Shown here piece by piece: positions 50,783-63,054 of a stretch of 63,908 nt of DNA; within the stretch, counting starts at the first letter, position 1; every line of letters starts with the position of its first letter. The stretch is from Octopus bimaculoides (lineage: Eukaryota). The notes beneath the pieces were generated by a model. That model searched no databases. It was not told the DNA's origin and saw only the letters and a program-made list of their open reading frames with translations. Both the position numbers and the translations under genes were made by a program. The stretch is taken from NCBI RefSeq assembly GCF_001194135.2, contig NC_068990.1, positions 30,081,509 to 30,145,416 on the forward strand, written 5' to 3'.

Positions 50783-52030
50783 TTGGGTTGGCAACTAAGT
50801 TCCCACCGTTTTTTTAAATTTAAAGTTTTTAAAAGGTTTAATAAAAAATAACAACGAATTAATCAATAATGTATTCACCTTTGTTGTTTACAACTTCTTC
50901 CCAAATTTTCAACAAGATTTTCAATACCTCATTGGTAGAAATCACCCGATTTCGACTCGAAAATTTGATCCAACCAAGCTCTCAATTCTGCATCAGTATT
51001 GAACGAAACTCCGTGCATAGCATTTGAAAGAGATCAAAAGACGTGGAAATCCGTTGGTGCCAAATCAGGAGAGTATGGCGGGTGTGGCAGCACTTCCCAG
51101 CCATGCGTTTGAATGGCTTCCTTGATCATATTGGGGATATGAGGGCAGGCATTGTCATGCAGCAGCAGAACTACATACGGCCAATTAGGTCTTTTCTCTT
51201 GAATAGCCGTGTTAAGTTATTCCATCTGTTGACCGTTTGGTTCCATTCAAGCACATCGTAATGGATAATCCCTTCCCAGTCCCATTGCACAACATTGTTT
51301 TACGCAGATGAAGATCTTGTTCTACGCGCGGTGTCGCTTGTTTACCGGGGCTAAGCCATTCCTTATGCTGCTTCATATTGATGTACAGGCACCATTTTTC
51401 ATTGCCAGTAACGATTCGGTAAAGAAATCGTTGCTTGTGTCCATGAGTTGAACGGTGACGAGCAAGCAAACCAGCTGAGATTGTGGCTCATTGATTTTTG
51501 TTGTTGTCACTTAAAGCATGCGGAACCCATGCTCCATACTTCTGAACCTTTCCCATCGAGTGAAGATGCTTCTCTATAGCAGTGTGGGAGCATTCCATTT
51601 TCTCTGCCAGTTCCCCTGTCGTTTGACGGGAATTTTCGTACAAAAGTTGGTTTAATCGCTCTTCATTGAACTCAACTGGACTGCCAGAATGAGGTGCGTC
51701 TTTGAAGTCAAAATTTCCATTTTTGAACTTGGCATACCAATCACCAGCGGTTCTTTCAGCTATGGCACCCTCTCCATACACAGCACAAATGTCGCGAGCA
51801 GCTTTTGTGGCCTTAGAACTTTGATTAAAACCAAAAAGAAGGAGGTGTCGAAAATGCTCCTTTTTCTTAACTTGACATTCCATTTTAATGATCTTAAAAT
51901 AAACAGAAATTAACTAAAATTAACTAGAAAAAAAGCAAAATAAATTCCAAAATGATCCAAAAAAGAATTCTCAGAAAAATTTATTCCAAAATTTAAAAAC
52001 ACAATAAATTCCAAAATTTAAAAAAACAGC
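50783..52030 (-). mobile_element. Near full-length inactivated mariner (DD34D)
   Basis: MECQVKKKEHFRHLLL..WVPHAL..IVTGNEKW (first Asp changed to Asn)..HDNACPH, 34 residues between the second and third Asp, YSPDLAPTD..VNNKGEYIID*; intact 3' TIR ttgggttggcaactaagttccc with TA; 5' TIR eroded; several frameshifts and stops. Confidence 0.92.
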
Positions 52031-52492
52031 GCACACACACACATTTGTGTTTGTGTTTGCTTGGTTTTCGACATTATGTAATAGTTCTAAGCCAGTGTTA
52101 CTGTCACACAAACACTGTCATGCATTCCCAATTGTTTTGTGAGTACATGTTCTGTCATGGAGAAATATTTTTTCATGTGGAAACAGGTGAATGCTGGTAA
52201 CAGTAATGGTATCAGGCCATTGAAAACCGTGCCTCAACGAATTTCATCTAATCCATGTAAACATAGAAAAGTGGACATTCAAATGATGGAACAATGAGGA
52301 TGATGTGGGTGTGTGTGTTGTGACAGTAGATAATATAATATTCAAGTCATAATAAAATAAAAGTTTTCACCCAAATCACATAATTAACCTCTTTCTTTTT
52401 TCCCTTCTTTCTTTTTCTTCTTTCTTTTTCTTCTTTCTCTTTCTTCTTTTGCTAGAAAACAAATAAGCACTTTCTCTCTCAAGTATTTTTAA

Positions 52493-52713
52493 CCCTTTGG
52501 CATTGAAACTGGCCATACCAGGCTTAAATATTCTACCTGTTTTATGTTTGAAGTGGCCAGATCCAGCCACTTATACCTACCGTTACTATGTCATTCTAAA
52601 AGTAAACAATCACATCATTGAAATCTCAAAGCAGTGAGATAAGCCAAGATTAATTCAAAACAATGCGAATTAATAAGCATTGCATTGGACAGGGTAACCT
52701 GAATGCTAAAAGG
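52493..52713. mobile_element. piggyBac-type MITE (second family)
   Basis: TTAA|ccctttggcatt ... aatgctaaaagg|TTAA; degraded relative at about 4005-4200. Confidence 0.75.
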
Positions 52714-53214
52714 TTAAACATTATTTTGTTTGTTTCTTTTCTTTGTTTTATTTCTGGATTAATTAACAATGATGTGGTTACAGGCATAACTATGGAGTTA
52801 GGAATTCTGGGTTCAATTCCACAGCATGATACCTTAGGCTTGTGTCTCTTCTGCCATGGGCTCAAGTTGACTAAAACGTTAGCAAGTAGGCAAAAACTGC
52901 TTCAGCCCATTGGATGCAACTTTGCACAACTGAATTTTGGAGTGTGCAGCATGGTTGTTGGCAATGCAGAGGCATGGTGTACCTGTAATAATTGATTTTG
53001 AGGACCGTGCTTAGTATTTCTGCTGATTTTGATTAGAGGTGAGCTGGGGGCTACGCAAACACCATACCAAATCATTTAATATCAAATCACATATAATTCT
53101 GCTGGGGTTGAATTTACCTTTCATCCTTTGGGGGGTCAAAGTAATTGCCTTACCCCTTCCTCAAAATTGCTAACCTTGTGCCAATATTTGAAATCCTTAT
53201 TATTATTATTGTCA

Positions 53215-53276
<62 letters not shown>

Positions 53277-53278
<2 letters not shown>

Positions 53279-53490
53279 GGTGGTGAACTGGCTGAATTGT
53301 TAGCATACTGGACGAAATGCTTAGCAGTATTTCGTCCATCTTTATGTTCTGAGTTCAAATTCCACCAAGGTTAACTTTGCTTTTCATCCTTTCAGGGACG
53401 ATCAAGTAAATACCAGTGAAGCACTGGGGGCCAATGTAGTTGATTAGTGCCCTCCCCAAAAATTGCAGGCCTTGTGCCCATAACAGAAAA
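53277..53490 (+). mobile_element. Family B tRNA-SINE preceded by long (ATT)n
   Basis: aaggtggtgaactggctgaattgttagc...gttctgagttcaaattcc...ggccttgtgcc. Confidence 0.8.
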
Positions 53491-54409
53491 GACAAAAGCA
53501 ATCAAGTCATACATCACCCTATCACAACACCTCATCAACACCCTTCATCAAAAATATTTTGTTGCTTTTTCTTCTCTTTCTTTGTTTTGCTGTTTATTTA
53601 GTTTGTTTATTATTTATTTGAAATGTTATCTTTTTTCTTTCTTTATTTTTTTCTTTTTGCTTTCATTGATTTATTTTATTTACATCCACGCCAACACACC
53701 TATATTTATATATATATATATGTCTTTATATTTTCTCTTATTCCTAGGTGGAACTCTCTGGAAATGAAGGTTCAAAAGCTATTTTAATGTTATTATTTTG
53801 CTTGTTTTGCTTATTTTGTTTATTTCTATCCTGAAATATTAACCTTCTAACATGCACGTCTTTGGCATGCATGCATGCTCATCCTTTTTCCTTCCCCAAT
53901 CTTATTCTTAATTCCAAACCCTGTACTTTACTGGTGACCAACTGCCAACCAATCCGACAAACTTTACTAAATATTAATTTAATAATATGTATTATACAAC
54001 AATTAACTTACCTCTCAGGTTATTAACTTAACAATTAATTGCTGTACTGAGTTGGAATAATACACCAGTTAGATGCTGTACTAATTCATTTGTTTTCTAA
54101 CTGCACTAATATTTTACTGTTTTATATAATTCAAGTAAAATTTAACCTCCATTCTTCATTGTACTATGACACTTGTTCACTACTGTAATTGACTGTACAA
54201 ACACTAGTTAATAAACTTCACCAGTATTGTACCATGTTGTACCAATACATTAATTTAAACTACCACCATACTATTTTGTAGTAATACATCAGTTGATCAC
54301 TGTATTGTGTACCAATTATCCACTGTAGTATGTTATAATATAACACTGTATAACTACTGTATACCATTGAACCAAATGTAATGTTTATAACACGTCACTT
54401 ACTGAACTA

Positions 54410-54450
<41 letters not shown>

Positions 54451-54800
54451 CAGTGGCAGACTTGCCAGGTTGCCTGATGGCAAGTGGGTCCCTGAGCCAT
54501 TAGAATCCATATATGAGGTCCCGTGTTAGTATCTAAGGGGCCCATCCCCTCAAGTTTGAGAATTTTTTATTCACTCCTGGAAGAATGCATTAATTATTTC
54601 AGCCTGGCTGTGTTTGGAGACAGTTGAAAAGAATACTTTTAACAAAAAAAAAATCAAATGATAGCATTGTAGCTGTGGGTGGGCCCCCTCGTAGTTGCAG
54701 GTGGGGGCTCCCTTGTAGTTGCAGGTGGGCCCCCTTGTAGTTGTGGGTTGGTCCCCTTAGTCTCCTGGCAACCAATATTTTGAGACCCGGTCCATCACTG
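54451..54800. mobile_element. CAGTG...CACTG non-autonomous DNA element in a TA/TG microsatellite, with about 21-bp internal repeats
   Basis: Ends cagtggcagac / ccatcactg; three to four ggtgggcccc.t.gtagttg units at about 54677-54762. Confidence 0.5.
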
Positions 54801-54921
54801 TGTGTGTATGNNNNNNNNNNNNNNNNNNNNNNNNNNNNNNNNNNNNNNNNNNNNNNNNNNNNNNNNNNNNNNNNNNNNNNNNNNNNNNNNNNNNNNNNNN
54901 NNNNNNNNNNNATATATATAT

Positions 54922-54953
<32 letters not shown>

Positions 54954-55744
54954 GTATATATTGTTATATACTAGCTATACTTTTGTTCCCTTCCTGTACT
55001 GTGTTGTACTACTAATAATACTAATCACTACTAAGTTACTACCTTGTACTATAATACTCAATAAACATTGTATAATAATATGTAATGATTGGTTAATTAC
55101 TGTACTGCAATATAAAAATAATTACTGCACTTAAAAGTCCATTGACGCATGAAAGAGTTACCAGTTTGTACTAATTGATAACTTAACCACTGAGTTGCAT
55201 AAACTCTTTAGCAAACCACTCTGATGTGTGAACCAATACTATGTTACCCTTTACTAATAATACACTAATCAATTACCGTACTATTGTTGTATCAGTCTGT
55301 ATTTGAACTTTTTCTTGTACTTTTGTGTCGGTTTGATAACACACAGATAGAAATCAGATTGTTAACCACAAATGCTCAGGTAAAAGATAACAAGAAGTAA
55401 ATATATTGTGAGAAGGAATAAAATGCTATTAGTCACTGACTGATAATGTTTACATGGTGCTAGTAGGTAGGGGAGACAACTCTGGTCATATTTTAGTATT
55501 ATTCTGACCTTGTCAGTGAAATAGTGTTGTACTATGAATCACTAAATGTACAAAGTATAAAATTTTGTGAACAAAAATAATTCAAAGATGCCAACTTTTG
55601 AATAAGACGAATTTTATTTACTTGATATCAAAACAATAGATGGGCTCTAATTTACAATTTCAGAGAGACGTATGACCAATTCAATCAGCTTAAGCATATC
55701 AATGCTATTTTATCAGTCTGTGCTGGTATGATTGAGTGATTGAA

Positions 55745-56133
55745 ATATTTGCTTCCCAACCACATGGTTCCGGGTTCAGTTCCACTGTGCGGAACTTCGG
55801 GCAAGTGTCTTCTATTATAGCCTCAGACCAACCAAACCCTTGTGAGTGGATTTGGTAGATAGAAACTGAAGGAAGCCCATTCTATGTGTGTGTGTTGTGT
55901 GTGTGCATGCGTCCTTATGTCTGCATTTGTCCTCCACCACTGCTTGCCAACTAAGGTTGGTGTGTTTATGTCGCCACAACTTAGCAGTTCGGCAAAAGCG
56001 ATTGATAGAGTAAGTACCAAATTTAGAAAATAAGTACTGGAGTTAATTCATTCAACTAAAAATTCTTCAAGGCAGTGCCCCAGCATGGCCACAATCTAAT
56101 GACTGAAACAAGTAAAAAACAAAGAATAAAAGA
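55745..56133 (+). mobile_element. Family A tRNA-SINE, near full length
   Basis: Head, (TG)n middle and gcagtgccccagcatggcc...gactgaaacaagtaaaa tail. Confidence 0.8.
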
Positions 56134-56384
56134 CAATTTAAATCTACTCCATTGAAATGCAAAATTTAATTTTAAAAAATGTGTATCTTTTCAGAAAGTT
56201 ATAAGACCCTCATCTTCACCTCTTTGATCAACTCTCTCTCCACCTCTCTTTTACTTTCTCTCTGTCCTGCTTTCTATACAAGGTAAAGAATAATTGGAGA
56301 TACCTGCCAAGAAATCAATCAATATTTGCATTGGTTATTACGATTAAGGTTTGTGGGGCATGGATTTGGTTTTGTTTCTGAGAA

Positions 56385-56630
56385 AGGTGAAATTAAATCT
56401 ATTTGTTCTTTGGTGCATATCTATGAGGTGGCCATATCTGGAGACTTCAGAGAAGAGGTGAAATTAAATCTGTTTGTTCGGTAGCAGACATCTATGAGGT
56501 GGCCACATCTGGAAGTTCCTGATATAAGAAGAAATTAAATCTATTTGTTCTGTAGCAGATATCTATGAGGTGGCCACATCTGGAAGTTCCTGATATAAGA
56601 GGAAATTAAATTTGTTTGTTTTGTAGCAGA
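56385..56630. repeat. Minisatellite, about 70-bp unit, about 3.5 copies
   Basis: gaaattaaatct.tttgttc..gtagcaga.atctatgaggtggcca.atctgga repeated. Confidence 0.85.
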
Positions 56631-56963
56631 CAACAGTTAATTGGTCACATCTGTTAAACTGACATGACCAATATCTCACTCACATTTCTCAGGTGAAATT
56701 AGAGATTTTTCTTCGGAACGAAAAGATTAACCCTCAAGGCTCCATTTGGCCTTCAGGTTAAATCTATGGCATTGGAACACATGTTGATTTGCTATGTTTT
56801 CTCTTTTAATTCCTTTTGCTTAGTTTTATGTATTTTGTAAATGATAGGTCAACAAATGGTTGTTTCCAAACGGCCATTCCCTAACTGACTGTATTTCCAT
56901 TGGCAAAAGGCATTGGTGTATCTTTTACTAATATACATTGTTGAAAGACATGCACACATGCAC

Positions 56964-56996
<33 letters not shown>

Positions 56997-57191
56997 TGCA
57001 CACACACACACACACATGCACACACACACACATGCACATACACACACACACACATGCACATTTACTCATTCACTCTCTCTCATACACACTTATTTGAAAA
57101 AAGAAAAGCTTAGAAAATTACTGTTTTTAAATCTCACAATGAGAGATATTCAGCAACAGTACTTTGTAGTAAAGATTGTTTGCCAACATAA

Positions 57192-57462
57192 TATGGCAGT
57201 CCTGGTTTAGGACGAATGTTGCTGTAATTTAGCCCCAGGAGACATCATCTCCAGCTGGCTGTACGACACGATCTATGTCCTTATATTTTTGAACAAAGGA
57301 ATCTAGCACCCCCACTCAGCTCAAAACAATATCTGTGTATCTCAATTTCCGGGTTGTATCCCTTCATCAGCACAGAATAATTGTTCAACTGGAGGTGGCG
57401 CTGCCAAATTCCTGCTCGAAATATATAGTTTTCAAGGTGACAACTAGTCACTGATCTATACA
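57192..57462 (-). mobile_element. Hammerhead-bearing non-coding element flanked by an 82-bp direct repeat
   Basis: Direct repeat 57110-57191 / 57463-57544; hammerhead at 57332-57376; conserved hairpin motif at 57231-57258. Confidence 0.6.
57332..57376 (-). ncRNA. Minimal type I hammerhead ribozyme
   Basis: Stem I TCTGTG/CACAGA, CTGATGA, A-[GGG-ATACAA-CCC]-G, GAAA, stem III AT-TGAG-AT, AUA triplet. Confidence 0.6.
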
Positions 57463-58007
57463 TTAGAAAATTACTATTTTAAATTCTCATAACGAGAGAT
57501 ATTCAGCAACATTACTTTGTAGTAAAGATTGTTTGCCAACATAACAATCACGATACATAGATATGTAATTTGTGTTGAGCTGGGTTTAAGACATCATAAA
57601 GGTCAAACTTATGAGTCATCAGTGAACATAGATTCCTTGAACTCTGTGTGCAATAAACTTTCGTGTATCATTAAATGAGAATTAAATGGGGCAACTAAAC
57701 ATGTTGCCTATCTAGTTTAAGTTTAACTCTATTATCTTCTCAGCAATCCCTCCTGTTTTATGGTGTGGCGTCACACCATTAAAACAACTGTCAGACATTT
57801 ACTTCTCTGACTAATTCCATCTGCAAACATTATGAGTGGGAAGACTTCAGTTTATTAACTGACAGGTTCCCACATAAAACACCATTGAATTAATCGCCTG
57901 CTATTTTCACCTTTCCATTACCTGAGAAGAACACATCTTCCTCTGTTCTCATACGACCAGTTTTCATGAAAATAAAATCATTCAAGGAAAGAAACTAATG
58001 CAAATCA

Positions 58008-58058
58008 CCTCTCTCTCTCTCTCTTTCTCTCTCTATCTCTCTCTCTCTCTCTCTCTCT

Positions 58059-58146
<88 letters not shown>
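58008..58146. repeat. (CT)n microsatellite
   Basis: Direct reading. Confidence 0.95.
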
Positions 58147-58154
<8 letters not shown>

Positions 58155-58369
58155 TCATTAGAGCAAATATCCATGTTACTAACAAAACAAAAACTCTACA
58201 AGATGTATCAATACACACACACACACACACACACACAACCACACATATGGTTTGGTTGTGTGGTAAGAAACTTGCTTCCCAAACATAGTGTTTTGGGTTC
58301 ATTCCCACTGCATAGTACCTTGGGCAAGTGTCCTCTACTATAGCCTCAGGCCAACTAAAGCCTTGTAAG

Positions 58370-58776
58370 TGAAGTATATTTGCCACTTAAATGTGGCTAA
58401 CCACTAAGGGTGAATGCTACTGTAGCTTGTAGCCCCAGGAGGACATCTCCTCCAGCTGGCTATTGACACACTTTCTGTGCCCTATCAGTATTTGCAAAGG
58501 GAAGCCATCCTACCCATCTTTGACCTGACGTGAATGCACAGACCTAGGTTTCTAGGTATTTACCTGTCATCAGCGCTGATGACAGGTAAATACCTAGAAA
58601 CCCGGGTCTGTATCATGTCAGGTTGAAGATGAGAAGGATGGCTTCCCTTTGCAAATACTGATAGGCCACAGAAAGTGTGTCAATAGCCAGCTGGAGGAAG
58701 TGTCCTCCTGAGGCTACAAGCTACCGTAGCATCCAGCCTTAGTGGTTAGCCACATTTAAGTGACAAATATACTTCA
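58370..58776. mobile_element. 407-bp head-to-head palindromic element with a hammerhead core in each arm
   Basis: Arms of 205 and 202 bp, about 90% identical by eye, no spacer, centre cagc|gctg at 58574/58575; truncates a family A SINE head at 58245-58372. Confidence 0.85.
58576..58611 (+). ncRNA. Minimal hammerhead core (right arm); mirror copy on the minus strand at about 58538-58573
   Basis: CTGATGA-C-[AGGT-AAAT-ACCT]-A-GAAAC-CCGG-GT-C; palindromic stem III ACCCGGGT (ACCTAGGT in the left arm); GUC triplet; stem I only weakly formable. Confidence 0.55.
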
Positions 58777-58778
58777 TG

Positions 58779-58809
<31 letters not shown>

Positions 58810-58822
58810 ATGTATATATATA

Positions 58823-58866
<44 letters not shown>

Positions 58867-59077
58867 AATACATATATATATATATATATATATATCAACT
58901 TTAAATAGAGCTCAAAATTAATCCGTTGAAAATACTTTATTGCAACAACAATAACAATAATAATAACAAATAAATAGACCTATGTACATATTCAAAGACT
59001 CAACTGTGAGTTTTCTGCTAAGATTGTTAACAGATACTATATTTTTTACCAAATTTTTTGGTTAAAAAAAATACATA

Positions 59078-59121
<44 letters not shown>

Positions 59122-59663
59122 GCATATATAGTTATCTAAGAATCTACAAGTCAGTGAAATATGCACTCCTATGTTTTCCAATAGTGTGGGTATCTTAATC
59201 AGCATATACAATATTATAGATCCATTACATTGGACCTTACCAACTGGTTTCACACCGGATATTAGATAACAAGGCAGCTGCCTAATACACGTGCTCTTAG
59301 GAGAGAAGTTGCTATGTTGTTTGTTTTCCATACTGACATCTCTGTAGAGCATGTATATCAGATAGACACCTTGTTATTTAATATCATCCGGTGTGAATCC
59401 GATAGATAAGATTGGCTGTAATACTGTATCCTTTGAATTCATCATCATCATCATCATCATCATTTAACATCTGTTGCTCATGCTCACAAGGGTTGGACTA
59501 TATATACATATGTATATATATGTTTATATATATGTTATATATATTTCTGTTATACATGTGCGTATATATGTGTGTGTGTTTATGTAAATGTTTATATATA
59601 TAATATATATGTGTATATATATATATATATATGTATGCATATAGTTACATCTATCTATCTAGC

Positions 59664-59703
<40 letters not shown>

Positions 59704-60013
59704 ACATCATCATCATCATCATCTTCGTTTAATGTCCGCTTTCCATGCTGGCATGGGTTGGATGGTTTGGCTGAGGGCTGAAAAGCCAGAAGGCTGCACC
59801 AGGCTCCAATCTGATCAGGCAAAGTTTCTGCAACTTGATGCCCTTCCTAATGCCAACCACTCTGAGAGTGTAGTGGGTGCTTTTTACATGCCACCAGCAT
59901 GGGAGCCAGTCAGGCGGCACTGGCAACTNNNNNNNNNNNNNNNNNNNNNNNNNNNNNNNNNNNNNNNNNNNNNNNNNNNNNNNNNNNNNNNNNNNNNNNN
60001 NNNNNNNNNNNNN

Positions 60014-60045
<32 letters not shown>

Positions 60046-60400
60046 GAGAGAGAGAAACATAAAGTCTGCTGTAACCAAATATGAGTGAAGATTAACTCTT
60101 TCCATTGCAAATACCCCAAAAATGACTTAAAGTCTGCTGGAATAAAATTAGTAACAAGAAGTTGAGAAAACTGATTACTTGTTTTTCTTAGCTTGCCATA
60201 TTCAGTTTCATTTCTACAGACTAAATCTGGCAACTATAAAGATAATGTTTATTAATTAAACCTTTTTGTAGACACCTAATAAGACAGATTCATTTTAACG
60301 AGGAACATAAAGAATATGTTATCAATTAAAATTCCTCAAAAAAAAGAAAAAAACATCAGAAACTCAAAAGACATTGGAAGAGATATGTATCTATCTGTTC

Positions 60401-60790
60401 AGATGTTTTGTGGTAAGAATTTGCTTCCGAACCACATGGTTCCAGGTTCAGTTTCACTGTGTGGCACCTTGTCTTATACTATAGCCTCAGGCTGACCAAA
60501 GCTTTGTGAGTAGTGTTAGTAGGCGGAAACTGAAAGAAGCCTATCTGTGTGTGTATGTCTTTGTGTGTCTATTTGTTCCCCCTCCACCACCACCACTTGA
60601 CAACTGGTGTTGGTTTGTTTATGTCCCCATAACTTAGCAATTTGGCAAAAGAGATCGATAGAATAAGTGCCAGGCTTGAGAAAATATGTACTGGGATCGA
60701 TTCAATCGATTAAAAATTCTTCAAAAAGTGGTGCCCCAGCATGGCCGCAGTCAAATGACTGAAACAAGTAAGAGATAAAAGATAAAGAAA
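60401..60790 (+). mobile_element. Family A tRNA-SINE, full length
   Basis: tgtggtaagaatttgcttccgaaccacatggttccaggttcagt...gtggtgccccagcatggccgcagtcaaatgactgaaacaagtaagagataaaagataaa. Confidence 0.85.
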
Positions 60791-61061
60791 AGATTGATCT
60801 TTACTACTGTCCCTGTTACCTTCTCAGGGTTGAAATGCAACAGAATTACCAACGACGATGACGACTGTCGTCATCATTTTTAAATGTCCATTTTTCCATG
60901 CTTGCCTGGGTTGGACACAGCTCACTGAAGCAGATTGTTTGCAGCCAGCTGCCCTTTATGTTGTTAGCCCTCACCTGTTTCTCTTCTTTAGAATATGTTG
61001 TTTAGTTGCAGGGATCAGATGAAAAACCAAGACTTCAATCTGATATAATTGATTTAATTTT

Positions 61062-61304
61062 TAGTGGTTCTCAACCATTTCATTTTACATATGACATATA
61101 TAATCCCTACTTTACCTTACTGGACCTACATAATCATTTGCTGTACACCAAAACACAATCTTACTGTACTTTTAGAATTAAATATTTTTAGGAATTGTGT
61201 AAAATAATTTAAAATATTTTGTGCATTGTAGAAGTCCAACCAATTTATTTTACACATAAATTTTAACAACAAACCCTTATATAGACCCTGGTTGAGAACC
61301 ACTG
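61062..61304. mobile_element. hAT-type MITE
   Basis: tagtggttctcaacc / ggttgagaaccactg ends; same family as 37022-37493; no clear TSD. Confidence 0.7.
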
Positions 61305-61499
61305 GTTTATATTATCTTATTATAGCCTGAAGATGTTCACCAAAGGGTTTTAATTAGACTTGTTTGATCTGTTGGAAACAACAGCCAAATCTTCCTCAGA
61401 TTACACTCCGCTGTTTTAGAGAAAAGGACTCATTGAATAATGTTGTCTGTCTATGACCTCATGGAACTGCTCCCATTTTCTGGGAGAAAAAGAAGCGGA

Positions 61500-61830
61500 A
61501 CTCATAAGACAGTGGCAGATTCCAACTGGATTTGGTTAAGGAGGAATGGAAGTGAATTTCAGAAGGCATAATTTACTGTTTGTACAATAGGCATCTTAGA
61601 CAGAAATGGTTATGACATGTGAAGTACCTCAACTCTGGGGCACCCTGACTACCCAAGATGGTATAGGTTTCGATATAAACAGTAGCACAGGATGTGGCAG
61701 CAGAGGGGTATCCAGGGGTCATGGACTGGATGCAGCCTGACCTTTTTAGAGTGTAAGGGGATAAGGGCCAAAACACTTGCATGATGGAGCTTGAGGCTTC
61801 TTCTCTGAAGCCCTTCAGCTGTTCAGTTGT
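61500..61830 (+). mobile_element. Highly degenerate RTE-like RT C-terminus
   Basis: RQKWL*HVKYLNSGAP*LPKMV resembles RLxWLGHVxRMxxxRLPKxV; weak. Confidence 0.3.
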
Positions 61831-62121
61831 ACATTCAGTTTCTTACTACCCTATCCTATATATATATACCTGACACACAAAAAAAAAAATCCCAAAAATG
61901 AAACCCTTGATGGAATGGTCACAGCTTGGAATGTTTTTGATGATAAGTCAGTCGGATGAAGGTGATTTGGGAGAGGAAGAAAAACAGGTAAACTTCAGTG
62001 AAATGAGTTTGTAAATTTGATTTTTTAGTTTATTAACAACCATTTCAGTAATACACTTGGAGGTGGCATAAATACAATGGCACTGGTTTCATTTTATTCC
62101 TAAACCTCTTTGGTTCCATAC

Positions 62122-62184
62122 TTTACTGTTTCCTGCAAAAGCAACAGCAAACCACTCTAATGACAGAGATTTCAGAAGATATCC
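62122..62184 (-). CDS. Candidate 63-nt symmetric exon GYLLKSLSLEWFAVAFAGNSK
   Basis: tatattttcag acceptor, AAA|GTATGG donor, open in phase 0; no homology recognised. Confidence 0.25.
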
Positions 62185-63054
62185 CTGAAAATATATGTAA
62201 TTCATTAGGGACCAAAAAATGGATAGTTTGAAAGTTGCTGCATGAGNNNNNNNNNNNNNNNNNNNNNNNNNNNNNNNNNNNNNNNNNNNNNNNNNNNNNN
62301 NNNNNNNNNNNNNNNNNNNNNNNNNNNNNNNNNNNNNNNNNNNNNNNNNNNNNNNNNNNNNNNNNNNNNNNNNNNNNNNNNNNNNNNNNNNNNNNNNNNN
62401 NNNNNNNNNNNNNNNNNNNNNNNNNNNNNNNNNNNNNNNNNNNNNNNNNNNNNNNNNNNNNNNNNNNNNNNNNNNNNNNNNNNNNNNNNNNNNNNNNNNN
62501 NNNNNNNNNNNNNNNNNNNNNNNNNNNNNNNNNNNNNNNNNNNNNNNNNNNNNNNNNNNNNNNNNNNNNNNNNNNNNNNNNNNNNNNNNNNNNNNNNNNN
62601 NNNNNNNNNNNNNNNNNNNNNNNNNNNNNNNNNNNNNNNNNNNNNNNNNNNNNNNNNNNNNNNNNNNNNNNNNNNNNNNNNNNNNNNNNNNNNNNNNNNN
62701 NNNNNNNNNNNNNNNNNNNNNNNNNNNNNNNNNNNNNNNNNNNNNNNNNNNNNNNNNNNNNNNNNNNNNNNNNNNNNNNNNNNNNNNNNNNNNNNNNNNN
62801 NNNNNNNNNNNNNNNNNNNNNNNNNNNNNNNNNNNNNNNNNNNNNNNNNNNNNNNNNNNNNNNNCTTCCATCAAAATTTCATGTTAATTTATGTTCCAAA
62901 TACCAGCTTAATAAAGACAAAATTATTTTACTAAATTCTTAATTATTTTTAAAATTAATTGAAACAATGACAGTGTCTTTCAACAGAAATATGCTAACAA
63001 TGTGGTTTCAGTGTCACGTAACCAGCCAACTTAAAAAATACCCTTGGATCATAG

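Noticed and set aside
56385-56630. CRISPR-like array
   Set aside because: Whole units repeat with no unique spacers, and the context is eukaryotic; it is a minisatellite.
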